Below, one piece after another: positions 38,535 through 48,478 of a stretch of DNA of 58,004 bases. The position numbers were made by a program, and so were the translations under genes. The notes below the pieces were generated by a model. That model saw nothing but the letters and a program-made list of their open reading frames with translations. It was not told the origin of the DNA and ran no database searches. The stretch's first letter is position 1. Each line of letters begins with the position of its first letter. The stretch lies in NCBI GenBank assembly GCA_050292425.1, contig JBNKLP010000007.1, forward strand, positions 1-58,004, written 5' to 3'. The DNA comes from Candidatus Nanoarchaeia archaeon (GTDB lineage: Archaea; Nanobdellota; Nanobdellia; Woesearchaeales; UBA583).

Positions 38535-39686
38535 TTAAAGAGATTTCTTTGAATTTACAATTTTTTGATAAATATCATCTATTCTCTTTTTATAATTTCG
38601 TGTCTCTCCAATATTTAAATAATTTTGAGGTGTTCCTTTTTTTAAGTTCCTTTCTCCAGCGTTAAATGCCATTCTTGTATAGTCCATCTGAGTTTCAAGA
38701 GGTAAATTTCTATCAACATATTTCTCAAAGATATCTCGGGAATATTGATGTCCTGCAGCAAGATTTTTTTCAGGAATAAATATGTCCTCAGCACTCAAAC
38801 CATATCTTTTACCAGTATCAACAATTATCTGCATCAATCCTCCTGCTCCAGCTGAAGATTTAACATAAGGATTTCCTTGTGATTCCGTTGCAACTTGCGC
38901 TAAATCAGATTCAAAAAGATATTTTCCTTCTTCAGTATAACCATTATCAATTAAAAAATTATTTCCATTTGTTACTATCTCCAAATATCTTAAACAACTA
39001 TTTCCTGAACATTCTAACTCATTTAATCTTCCTACTGTTCTTCTAAGTCTGCTTGCATTATCTGAATCATCATTTTCTAAGATCAAATATTGATATTTTT
39101 GAGGAAGTCTTGCTTTTAGCAAAGCGATTTGATCTTGAGGAGACAAATATTTCTTATTTTTCATTAAACCTAAAAATGAAACTGAAGATAATCTATCTGG
39201 CAATTCTCTTTTATTTGTTGTTTTGGAAACTTTACCAACAGCTGACTGAGTTCTTGCTTTATTCAATTGTATTGTTAAAGTTGTAATTTGTTTTTCAAGT
39301 TCTGATATTTGACTTTCAGTAAATTCAAGTTCTTCCGAAATTAAATTATTTTCGTGATATAAATCCTCATTTACTTGTTGAGCTTCGTTTGCTCTTATAG
39401 TTTGAACTGCCAAATCAGTTTTATCTTTCCATTGAATAACTGAGGCTCCAAGAATAATTGTTGCTGCAGTTGCCAAATATGCATTACTAGGTATTCTAGT
39501 AAGTAATTGAGGAATTGAAATAACTCCTATCCCTAGTTTTCCTAAAAGAGTATTATTGACACCAAAAGTTCTTCTAACTTCAGATTTTCTTTCTCTTTCT
39601 TTTATAAATTCATCAATTCTATAATTAACATAAAGACTATATAAATCAAATTTTTCTTTGGCAAAATTAACTAATGGATTATTCAT
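38535..39686 (-). CDS. membrane-anchored lytic transglycosylase (SLT/GH23 domain)
   Basis: Catalytic ES (ATESQGNP), SSAGAGGLMQI, PEKNLAAG..Y, AFNAG, ETRNY; N-terminal TM and coiled-coil stalk. Confidence 0.88.
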   Translation of the reverse strand: MNNPLVNFAKEKFDLYSLYVNYRIDEFIKERERKSEVRRTFGVNNTLLGKLGIGVISIPQLLTRIPSNAYLATAATIILGASVIQWKDKTDLAVQTIRANEAQQVNEDLYHENNLISEELEFTESQISELEKQITTLTIQLNKARTQSAVGKVSKTTNKRELPDRLSSVSFLGLMKNKKYLSPQDQIALLKARLPQKYQYLILENDDSDNASRLRRTVGRLNELECSGNSCLRYLEIVTNGNNFLIDNGYTEEGKYLFESDLAQVATESQGNPYVKSSAGAGGLMQIIVDTGKRYGLSAEDIFIPEKNLAAGHQYSRDIFEKYVDRNLPLETQMDYTRMAFNAGERNLKKGTPQNYLNIGETRNYKKRIDDIYQKIVNSKKSL

Positions 39687-39755
39687 ACTTATTAATTAGT
39701 ATTATTTGATTATTTATAAAAATTACTAAATTTGTTTATTTTAGTAGTAACAAAA

Positions 39756-40859
39756 TCAAGCATTGTATTGATTGAAATAATTGTTTAATTCACCATATAC
39801 TAAACCATTCCATTCCTCAGGTTTTTTTCCATTAACAGAATTAATTAATTGAGGGATAAATTGATTAAATCCTGTGGAATTAGCAAGAATAGAATTTATT
39901 TTTGTTGTAAAAATAGCATCATTAGAATTAATCTTATTCATAATAAAACCAAAAATAATCTGTATAAAATAATTCTCAATATTTGTATCGGCTTGTGTTC
40001 TTCCTCTACCCATTCTTATCAACATTCTATAATAATAATCATTTACTGAATTTGCAATTAAATTTCTGATTCTTTGCTCAAGTTCTGAATTTGAAAGTTG
40101 AGACTGCTGAGAAGTTGGTTGTTGTGGATTTTGAACACCATTTTTTTCTTTAATTAAAAAGTAACTATTGAAATACTTCTGAGCCTCTGTTGTTCCAGAT
40201 AAATTATATTTTTTAAAATAATTTAAAGATAACTCTAAAAAAATTCTAAGTTCAGGAAACTCTTTTTGTACATTTCCATCAGGAGTTTTTTGAATCACAA
40301 TTGCATCAGTCTTAATATCTTTAGAATTTTCTTGCATAATCGTTAATATATCATTAATAATATCTAACTCCTTATTCCAAGTTTCTAATTCACCCTTCAT
40401 TTTTTGATTCATCTCAACTTTTACTTGCTCAGAATCAAAATCTCTTGATGAATTTACTATAGTAGAAAGTTGAGCATCATATGTATTGTGCTTTATTTTC
40501 ATATAAGTACTAAGTTCATCTTTTAGATTTTTAGGTAAAGTTTTATCTTTGATTTCTTTTTCTAATTTATCTATATTTACTGCTAATTCATCTTGATTCT
40601 TGTATTCATACTCTAAATCCATTGCAACTTTTGAGATTGATTTTTGTTTTAATTGAGATATTAAACCACTTCTTACTTGTTCTTTTTGAACATCAAGAGG
40701 AGTATTTATATCTTCATTACAAAGAGTTATGATTTGTGAGCAAAGTTGTTGAATTGCAAGGGCTTCTGTCTCAGTATTTGCTTTTTTAGAAACTTCAATT
40801 AATTTAGTTGCAAATTGAATAATTTGACTATTATAGGCTTTTATTTGTTCAGAGTTCAT
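39756..40859 (-). CDS. hypothetical alpha-helical protein
   Basis: Gln/Asn-rich helical ORF, ATGA overlap with the upstream membrane protein. Confidence 0.6.
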   Translation of the reverse strand: MNSEQIKAYNSQIIQFATKLIEVSKKANTETEALAIQQLCSQIITLCNEDINTPLDVQKEQVRSGLISQLKQKSISKVAMDLEYEYKNQDELAVNIDKLEKEIKDKTLPKNLKDELSTYMKIKHNTYDAQLSTIVNSSRDFDSEQVKVEMNQKMKGELETWNKELDIINDILTIMQENSKDIKTDAIVIQKTPDGNVQKEFPELRIFLELSLNYFKKYNLSGTTEAQKYFNSYFLIKEKNGVQNPQQPTSQQSQLSNSELEQRIRNLIANSVNDYYYRMLIRMGRGRTQADTNIENYFIQIIFGFIMNKINSNDAIFTTKINSILANSTGFNQFIPQLINSVNGKKPEEWNGLVYGELNNYFNQYNA

Positions 40860-41641
40860 TTTGCCTTCTCCTCTCTTAATTTAGTGTAAATACTCGTAAT
40901 ACTATCAGCTAGTTGCTCTTGTGCTTTTTTAAATTCATTATTTTCTTTTTTTGCAGTCCTTCTCTTTTTCAAACTATTTAGTACTGAACCATCTGTATTC
41001 TGCATATCACTTACTTTTTTACCTGCTTTAAATCCAACAATAAACAGAATTAGTCCTGTTATTATTCCAAGTATTCCAAATGAAACAACCCAATTTAATA
41101 TTGCAAAAATTGCAGAATTTTCATCAAAAATACTAGACCCATTTTCAATAAAAGTTATAAGAGTTGTACCTACAAAAAAAGATGCCAAACTCATAAAAAG
41201 AAGCCAAGTAGGCTTTCTGAATCTTCTTCCATCTTCTCCAACTAATAGAGCATCTAGTCCTTTTAATCCTCCAAATAAAACTATGGCAATTAAAAAAAAA
41301 CCAATTGTACCTCCAAACGTAACAATTAATTGATCAATACCATCTTTTGAATACATATAGAAAATTCCTGAAGTCCCTATGAAAGAAATTGCAAATGACA
41401 TAACATTTCTTTCTTTTGTATTATTTCTAAATACAAATCTAAGACCTACTTTAACCAATGCATTGAATCCAAGAAGCATTGCAATAAACATTAATGATGC
41501 AACAGTAAAGTTGTTAGACAATAATCCATAAACACCACTATCTCCTAGCAAATCAGTAAAAGGTTTCTTGAAATCAGCTGCAAAAGTTGTCTGCAAAGAT
41601 GTTAGAATGATTGCAAAAGGTAATAATAGTCTTTTTAACAT
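40856..41641 (-). CDS. polytopic membrane protein (paralogue of 45471-46379)
   Basis: Signal-like N-terminus, about 5 TM helices, LMFIA / IGTSGIFYMY / FGGTIGFFLI, basic helical tail. Confidence 0.7.
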   Translation of the reverse strand: MLKRLLLPFAIILTSLQTTFAADFKKPFTDLLGDSGVYGLLSNNFTVASLMFIAMLLGFNALVKVGLRFVFRNNTKERNVMSFAISFIGTSGIFYMYSKDGIDQLIVTFGGTIGFFLIAIVLFGGLKGLDALLVGEDGRRFRKPTWLLFMSLASFFVGTTLITFIENGSSIFDENSAIFAILNWVVSFGILGIITGLILFIVGFKAGKKVSDMQNTDGSVLNSLKKRRTAKKENNEFKKAQEQLADSITSIYTKLREEKAK

Positions 41642-41693
41642 AAATTTCTGTTATAAATTGAATTTATAAATTTTTGTGGTTGCTGAGCAGGAG

Positions 41694-43754
41694 TTATTTA
41701 CGTTCAGGAGGAAAAGAACCAGATCTAATCTCAAATCCTCTTTCAGTTAAGAAACTGCTCTCATTACCAGCAATAGATTTTGATGAACTATCATCATTTA
41801 AATTTTCACTTAAACTATCAATAGTTCTCATTAAAGAAGTTAATTTATTTATATCAAAATTACTAAACTCATAATGATTTTTATTTAATGTCATTATCTC
41901 AGAGAATATGTTTGAAATTAAAGTAAATTTTCCTTTTATTTGAGAATAATTGTTATCATCTAAATTTTCATTCAACCATTTAATAAATTTTAGAGAACCT
42001 TTTATTAAACTAATACTTTGTAGAGAAAAAGGGTTATGATTTGGATCCCTTTCTATTAATGCTTTCCAATTTTTTAAGAAAGTAACTAATTTAGAATATC
42101 TTTTTGGAACCTTATTTTTATTATCAAATAAATTCTGAAAAATTTTTCCTACTCCTTGTTTTGTAGATGGTTTTGTTGGATCTAGAGCAAGTTCAATTTC
42201 ATGCAAGTGTTTTCTAAAAGTATTTTCTAATTTTTCAATTTCATATTTTAGTTCTTCCACACCAATAAAATTGCCACTAGAAATTCCTTTTAAATTACTT
42301 TTTGCCCTTTCAAGTTCATCCTCCAATCTAACTATTGCCTCTTTTCCAAAATATTTTTTGAATTCCTGAAAGTCACCTTTCCAATTTAAATTAATTGATT
42401 GAACATAAGTTTCTGAAATGCCAGTAATAGAAGCCACATTAATCTTGTCTTTACAAATGTTTGCCAAATCCTCAATTTGATCAGAATTAAATTTTTGCAG
42501 ACTTTCTTTATTAACAAATAAAATTTTATTATTTACATATTCCCATACTTGTTTACATCTCTCAAAGTTAGGCAGTCCAAGATAAATTTTTTGAAGTCTA
42601 CCATCTCTTGTCAGTGCATCATCAAATTCACTTTTCTCAAGATTGGTAGCAAGACAAACAATTATCCCCGGATATCTAGAACGATTAATGAAACTTTTCA
42701 TAGCTTCAACTCCTTGCGCTCTCCATCCTGAATCACCTCCAGAACCTGAAGTTTTTTTTAATAAATCTGTTGCTTCATCTATGTAAACAAAACAAGGAAC
42801 TCTATACCTTTTCACCAAACTGATTGCTGGACCAAAAATCTTTTTAGAAACATTTGTTGCAAGACCTCCAACATATTGATTTGAAAGCATATCCCCAATT
42901 TCCTGAAAATGAGTTTTAAATCCTAATTCATTATATATTTCCATAAGAGATGCCTGTATAAGATGAGTTTTACCTGTTCCAGGTGGTCCATACAGAACAA
43001 TTCCATTTTGTGAAGGCTGTTTTCCATTTAAATAATCTTTAATACAAGAATAAATCTCTAATAAATCTCTAGTATTAGTTGAACCATTTTTAAAATCTTC
43101 TTTCAAAAACATCTTATCTAATAATTCTTCTATAATTTTTCTTTTTTCATTAGAAATTTTAGGAATATTTAGAGTAATATTACTTATATCATCAAGAGAT
43201 AAAATGTCTTCCTCTTCTGGATTTAAATAGCCTCTTTGATTCGAAGTTGGTAAAATCAATGTAGGACTAATTCTTTCATCCACATAAAGAATAGAAAAAT
43301 TAAGTTTCTCACTAGTTTTCTTATTATCTCTTCTTGCATCCCTAATTTCTTCAATTGTGATCTTTGAATTTATTTTATTATAACTTGAAAATGCATAATA
43401 CATTATCTTTTCTAAAATCGGATGGGTTATTTTTGCTTGCTGCGGATTTTGTTCATCTGGTATTTGTCGGAATAAAGAATTATCTAGATAAAGAGTATAA
43501 AAATCAGCAACTTTTCCCTTCACTTTTTGTATTGGAATTTGAAAAGTGTCATTACTAATTAAAGAAACGATTGCGTCTAAATGAATAAATATTCTCCAAC
43601 CAACAATTTCTTTTTCATTATATCTCAATGATTCAATTTTTGGCTCTATTTTGAAGGTTCCTGATCCTAAAGCCATATAATACACAGGACTTAAACCTGT
43701 TTTTTCATTAACTGGCACTTCTTTTAAAGAAGAAGTTTCAGGATAACCCTCCAT
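41694..43754 (-). CDS. classical-clade AAA+ ATPase with unique N- and C-terminal domains
   Basis: GIVLYGPPGTGKT, pore loop QYVG, VYIDEA, sensor-1 LATN, SRH FDDALTRDGRL. Confidence 0.88.
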   Translation of the reverse strand: MEGYPETSSLKEVPVNEKTGLSPVYYMALGSGTFKIEPKIESLRYNEKEIVGWRIFIHLDAIVSLISNDTFQIPIQKVKGKVADFYTLYLDNSLFRQIPDEQNPQQAKITHPILEKIMYYAFSSYNKINSKITIEEIRDARRDNKKTSEKLNFSILYVDERISPTLILPTSNQRGYLNPEEEDILSLDDISNITLNIPKISNEKRKIIEELLDKMFLKEDFKNGSTNTRDLLEIYSCIKDYLNGKQPSQNGIVLYGPPGTGKTHLIQASLMEIYNELGFKTHFQEIGDMLSNQYVGGLATNVSKKIFGPAISLVKRYRVPCFVYIDEATDLLKKTSGSGGDSGWRAQGVEAMKSFINRSRYPGIIVCLATNLEKSEFDDALTRDGRLQKIYLGLPNFERCKQVWEYVNNKILFVNKESLQKFNSDQIEDLANICKDKINVASITGISETYVQSINLNWKGDFQEFKKYFGKEAIVRLEDELERAKSNLKGISSGNFIGVEELKYEIEKLENTFRKHLHEIELALDPTKPSTKQGVGKIFQNLFDNKNKVPKRYSKLVTFLKNWKALIERDPNHNPFSLQSISLIKGSLKFIKWLNENLDDNNYSQIKGKFTLISNIFSEIMTLNKNHYEFSNFDINKLTSLMRTIDSLSENLNDDSSSKSIAGNESSFLTERGFEIRSGSFPPERK

Positions 43755-43759
43755 TTTTA

Positions 43760-45469
43760 TTAGATATTAAATATTTGTTTCAAACTCGATAAAAATTCTT
43801 CATATCTTGAAAAATTCTCTGCAGAAATTGAAGGAGTTGAAGAGACTTTTGCAAATGAGATTACATCTTCAGCAAGTTTTTGTATATTTGCATTAATTTC
43901 ATTGAATTTCTTTGCATTTCTTGCCTTTGCAACTAATTTTCTAAAACTATCGTAATCATGTTCTGATTTATTAAATAAAAGAAGATAAAGGTTTGACATT
44001 AAATTAGAAGCCCTATCAAAATTATGAGTCTGAATTTCTGCTCCAATTTGAATTATTAATGACTTTATATTTTTTTTAATTTCATCAATATCTTTTATTG
44101 AACTTGAAGAACTCTCTTCTTCCTCGAAATTCTTGAACAATGATTTATTATCTTTCATTATTGATTTAAATTTATCATTATTTTCCCAAGGTTCTTCTCC
44201 TTCAAGAGCATCTTCAATTTCTCTAATTAAGTATTTAGCTAAAGATTTGTTGTCCTCATTCTCAAAGAATTTTTTATCCAATTGTGAAATTTTTATACTC
44301 TCTCCATCATCTTTAACAAGCTCAACATTTTTGAATCCTCCAGAACCAATTCTAAAATGATATTTTTTATTAATTGTAGACTGTAATTCCTGGGCTAATT
44401 TATCAAAGCCTTCTTTTAATTCGCTCAGCCCACTATCAACTTTTGTAATTTTCGAAGCTAATTCCTTAATTTCCTTCTCATTTCCATCTTTATCTTTGAA
44501 TCTGACTCCTGTAAATAATTCTGTTAATACTCTTTTGAGGAATTCGTCTAAATTATTATTTTCATTTGCATCTGAATATGATTTACCTGAACCATAATTG
44601 TTGCTCTCCCAGTTTAGTTTTTCCAAAAATTTATTTAGTTCTGCTAAGAGAGCTTTTCCTCTTCCTGCATTACCATAAAAAAAATGATTTAAGAATTTTT
44701 TGAAGCCTAGTTTGAAATCATTAAATCCTCCTAAATTGTAAGAATAAGTCTTTTTATATGTTGAAAAATCCACATTCATTGCTGCTTGAACCAAACCATC
44801 TGACCAATCCTGAATTACTCCTTCTGATTGTCTAATGTAATTGTCTAAATATTTAAGTCCTGAGACTAAAGATGTGAATACCGTTTCTTTGTTTGCAGTT
44901 TCCTGAATTAAATAATAAATTTGAGCATAGTATTGAGCAAAATAGTTTGCAGAGTTAATAAAGTGAGATTTATTAGCAGTATTTATATTATCTTCAATAC
45001 CCAATGCACTCTGCTGTAATTTTACTATTTCTGGCGCACTTGCTTGAATCGAGGCCCTTAATGAGTATTCCTTGCTGTTGTATTCAAGGCAAAGCTGTTC
45101 AAATTGTTTTAAAGCATGAATCTCTTCAGTGTGAATTGTTTTGAAAAAATCAGTAGTTTTCTTTTGTTCTTCATCAAGATGTTCAACCAACTTTTGTAAA
45201 TCTTCAATCAAAGGAGTAATGGAAGTTCTTAGTCTTTGATAAACATCCCTCAAATCTTTTGAAAATTTCTCCTGTCCAAAAGAGAACATTTTATTTTTTA
45301 ATTCAATAGCACTTACTCCATCTTTTTCATTTAATGCTTTAAGATAATCATGAGCAGATTGAAAAAAAGCTCTTTCTTTTCTATTTTCAGAAATATATTT
45401 TTGAAACATCTCAGCAAGTTGTTTTAGTTTCATACCAGAACCTGTTTCATTTCCAATTTCAATTGTCAT
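43760..45469 (-). CDS. hypothetical coiled-coil/helical protein
   Basis: Long helical ORF; ATG 45469 lies 1 nt after the upstream stop and is preceded by GGAGGGGG. Confidence 0.65.
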   Translation of the reverse strand: MTIEIGNETGSGMKLKQLAEMFQKYISENRKERAFFQSAHDYLKALNEKDGVSAIELKNKMFSFGQEKFSKDLRDVYQRLRTSITPLIEDLQKLVEHLDEEQKKTTDFFKTIHTEEIHALKQFEQLCLEYNSKEYSLRASIQASAPEIVKLQQSALGIEDNINTANKSHFINSANYFAQYYAQIYYLIQETANKETVFTSLVSGLKYLDNYIRQSEGVIQDWSDGLVQAAMNVDFSTYKKTYSYNLGGFNDFKLGFKKFLNHFFYGNAGRGKALLAELNKFLEKLNWESNNYGSGKSYSDANENNNLDEFLKRVLTELFTGVRFKDKDGNEKEIKELASKITKVDSGLSELKEGFDKLAQELQSTINKKYHFRIGSGGFKNVELVKDDGESIKISQLDKKFFENEDNKSLAKYLIREIEDALEGEEPWENNDKFKSIMKDNKSLFKNFEEEESSSSSIKDIDEIKKNIKSLIIQIGAEIQTHNFDRASNLMSNLYLLLFNKSEHDYDSFRKLVAKARNAKKFNEINANIQKLAEDVISFAKVSSTPSISAENFSRYEEFLSSLKQIFNI

Positions 45470-45470
45470 T

Positions 45471-46379
45471 TTAATTACCCCCTCCATTAATTATTTTTTG
45501 CATATCTTTCAAGATTTTCACTTTATCGTCTGCTGCTTCATTTGCCTCTTTTAAGGAGTTGACAAAATTCTTGACATAACTTTTTATTTGAGAGATATTG
45601 TTGTCAGATTCTTCATCCTCTTTTGTATAATCAGATTCTTCCTCTTTTTCCTCCTTATTTTTCTTCATCTTCTTGATGATTCCCCAGATTCCAAAACCAA
45701 TAGCAATTACTATAACATATGGGATTAAATATGCAAAGAAATTGTAAACTTTTGCATAAAGCCAAGTTCCTTGCTGTGAATTACAACTAATTGAATCCAC
45801 CCAAGCATCAGGGTCTGGAATAGAATGACAATTTAAACCTCCAAGAACAGTTCCTGTATACCCAATCATTAAATATGAAGAAACAAGAACTCCCAAAACA
45901 ACTAAAAAAACCCACATAGGTCCTTTACCAAAAATACCTGTCTCATCTTTAGAACTTTCAGCAAAGTTGTACATGAACTTCATAACAAATACTACAAAGA
46001 AGAGAATCAGAAAATAACCAACTCCTCCTCCAAAGATGTAAATGAAAGTGTCTGGATGACTTCTGTACATAAAGAAAATTCCCAAAGTACCAATTACTGA
46101 GAGCATCATAGAAATTACAGTAATGGGCTTTCGAGTGAATCCTGAATGAGATTTGAATGCAAGTTTTAGAAGAGATTGAAACATTGAAAATGTTCCCATA
46201 AATGTTGCAATGAACATTAAGGCAAATACCACATCTGCATTTTCAAGAAGAGAAGTTATTCCTGCACCAACTTCTTTAAGCCCTCTTAGAACAGGACCAT
46301 CTGCTCCATAAGCACCAGTTAAAAACAAGAAAAAACTGGAAAGCAACAATCCCAGCTTTAGTCTAAATGCATTTTTCAT
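45471..46379 (-). CDS. polytopic membrane protein (paralogue of 40856-41641)
   Basis: Signal-like N-terminus, LMFIA / IGTLGIFFMY / FGGGVGYFLI, charged helical tail. Confidence 0.7.
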   Translation of the reverse strand: MKNAFRLKLGLLLSSFFLFLTGAYGADGPVLRGLKEVGAGITSLLENADVVFALMFIATFMGTFSMFQSLLKLAFKSHSGFTRKPITVISMMLSVIGTLGIFFMYRSHPDTFIYIFGGGVGYFLILFFVVFVMKFMYNFAESSKDETGIFGKGPMWVFLVVLGVLVSSYLMIGYTGTVLGGLNCHSIPDPDAWVDSISCNSQQGTWLYAKVYNFFAYLIPYVIVIAIGFGIWGIIKKMKKNKEEKEEESDYTKEDEESDNNISQIKSYVKNFVNSLKEANEAADDKVKILKDMQKIINGGGN

Positions 46380-46437
46380 ATAGAATTTTTTTATAAATAC
46401 AATTTATAAATATTTTTACTCACAAAACAATAGCAAC

Positions 46438-48393
46438 TTACTGTTTCCCGAACAATTTGTCAATCATCTCAATGTAGGTTGCAGTTGACCACATCTGAGC
46501 CATGCAGCCTTGAGCTTTTTGAGCTGATACTGAGGAAATTTCTGAGCCAAATCCAACTGTTCCTAAGGTCAGAATATCTTTTGTTGAAGAGGATAATATT
46601 TTTGCAATGTCCCTACGATATTTTTTCTCATTCAAATCATTCATGGCAATTGCTGCAACATTATTTATCCAGTACCAACTATCACCATTGTGATAAGAGG
46701 CATTATTTTCTCCTGTGTAGTTTGGTTGAAATGCAGAATCCTTATTACTTAGTGATGCAATTCCTCCCCAAGTAGTTCTTAAGTGCATTAGTGTAACATC
46801 AAAGATTTTTTCCCAATCTTCTGATAGAAACAAGTCAGGATAAGTATAGTAAGTCAAGAAAACATTACTATCAACTCTGTCTCTAAATGCTTCTGCATAG
46901 AGTGTACCATTTCTAAAATAAGTCTGCCTGATTTTCTTTCTAAGAAGATTTTCCAAATCTAGGAATCTTTTTGCATCTTCAACTTTCCCAAGCATGGCAG
47001 CAAGAGTTGCAAGAGTTGATGTGAATTCTAGAAACTGAGCCTGAATGTCAAGAGGGAATTGAACTTCAATTGTGTCCATCCAAGAATCTCCATTTTTTAC
47101 TTTAACTAATTCGTTTTCAAAATCCCAAGATGTTTTAATTATCTTGTTGAAAGAAAAATTAAATTTGTCATATATTTGCTCAATCTCTTTTTTGGAAAAA
47201 GTCTTTTCAAGTTTGTGCTGTTTGTCAAGAGAGAATATGAAATCAGCAAATCTTTTTGCAAGCCAGAATATTCCATCAAAACTAAGCCAAGAACCTTCTA
47301 CATTTAGCCTTTTCAATTGACCTGTTTCTTCATCAATGCTATTAAGATGAGCAATTATTCTCTCTTTTACAAGCGAATCTTCCCCAAGATTTATTAGAGA
47401 TCTTAATCCAACCAACTCATCCCTTGCCCAAACTTGAGAAAACCAAGGATATCCTGCAAACAAACCCTTGCTTTTCTTACTCATAACATCCCTACTCAAG
47501 AATTTGTAGATTCCAAGAACAGACATTTTGTATGCAGTGTCAATATCCTGAGGCATTGGTTTTGAAAAATTGTCAATATCATCAAGCAAATCAGTTGAAA
47601 CAGTTTTATCAAAGCCTTCAAGTTCATCTTTGTGTGTTTCAAGGAGAGCTATTTGAGTTGCCACATCTTCTTTGGAAAATCCCGAGCCCATAAAAAGAAT
47701 TTTTGATTCCTTTACAGAAATAGACATAAGTCTGTAAACATATCTTTTGTGAAGAGAGTTTCTTTGTTTTGAATATTCATATTCTTTTTTAACCCACTCT
47801 TTTTTCAAATTATATAAAAAGTTTGAAGCTTTGATTCCAAACCATAATTTGTAATTATCATTATCTCCTGAATTTTTAGTGAACTCAACAAAAAGGATGC
47901 CATTTTCTTTGAATACATTGTAATCTCTTCCCCACTCATCAAAGTCATTCAACTCCTTGCAATCAAGATCAATGTCTAACTCACTATCAAAGTTCTTAAT
48001 CTCATAAACTACTCCTCCAGCAGGACCTAAGTAGAAAGTATCAGTTGTTTTTATTTTTTGTTCAATATGATCTGAGTTACCATGTTCATCAATTGTATAG
48101 GAAACATTTTCTGAGAATTTACTTGCAAATTTTCTTGATGCCTTGTAGGAGTAAAAATCAATTTCATCAACTTCCATTTCTTTTGGTAATATTTCGTCAA
48201 GTATTTTGAAAACTTTTAGTGAATCCTGATTTATTACATTCCATCCTTGAAATTTGGATGTATTTTTGTTTAATCCAAGATTTACAAAATCTCCTTTATT
48301 ATTACTTAGCAAGAAATTAAGATTTTCAATCTCCTTAGGATCTACTTGGTCAAAGGAATAAGATTGATTAGGAAGATGGTAGTTTATTTTCAT
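46438..48393 (-). CDS. amylo-alpha-1,6-glucosidase (glycogen debranching enzyme, GDE_C)
   Basis: AGYPWFSQVWARD, SWMDT, YHNGDSWYW, QMWS. Confidence 0.85.
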   Translation of the reverse strand: MKINYHLPNQSYSFDQVDPKEIENLNFLLSNNKGDFVNLGLNKNTSKFQGWNVINQDSLKVFKILDEILPKEMEVDEIDFYSYKASRKFASKFSENVSYTIDEHGNSDHIEQKIKTTDTFYLGPAGGVVYEIKNFDSELDIDLDCKELNDFDEWGRDYNVFKENGILFVEFTKNSGDNDNYKLWFGIKASNFLYNLKKEWVKKEYEYSKQRNSLHKRYVYRLMSISVKESKILFMGSGFSKEDVATQIALLETHKDELEGFDKTVSTDLLDDIDNFSKPMPQDIDTAYKMSVLGIYKFLSRDVMSKKSKGLFAGYPWFSQVWARDELVGLRSLINLGEDSLVKERIIAHLNSIDEETGQLKRLNVEGSWLSFDGIFWLAKRFADFIFSLDKQHKLEKTFSKKEIEQIYDKFNFSFNKIIKTSWDFENELVKVKNGDSWMDTIEVQFPLDIQAQFLEFTSTLATLAAMLGKVEDAKRFLDLENLLRKKIRQTYFRNGTLYAEAFRDRVDSNVFLTYYTYPDLFLSEDWEKIFDVTLMHLRTTWGGIASLSNKDSAFQPNYTGENNASYHNGDSWYWINNVAAIAMNDLNEKKYRRDIAKILSSSTKDILTLGTVGFGSEISSVSAQKAQGCMAQMWSTATYIEMIDKLFGKQ

Positions 48394-48478
48394 AAGATGA
48401 AATGAGATGTGATATTTTAAAACATATATTCTTAATTTAAAAGTGAAGAACTAAGACTCAAGAATATAAGAGAAAAAA

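Noticed and set aside
41694-43754. Naming the AAA ATPase cdc48, PAN, ftsH or cdvC
   Set aside because: It has a single AAA module and I recognise no Cdc48 N-domain, PAN OB/coiled-coil, protease or MIT domain
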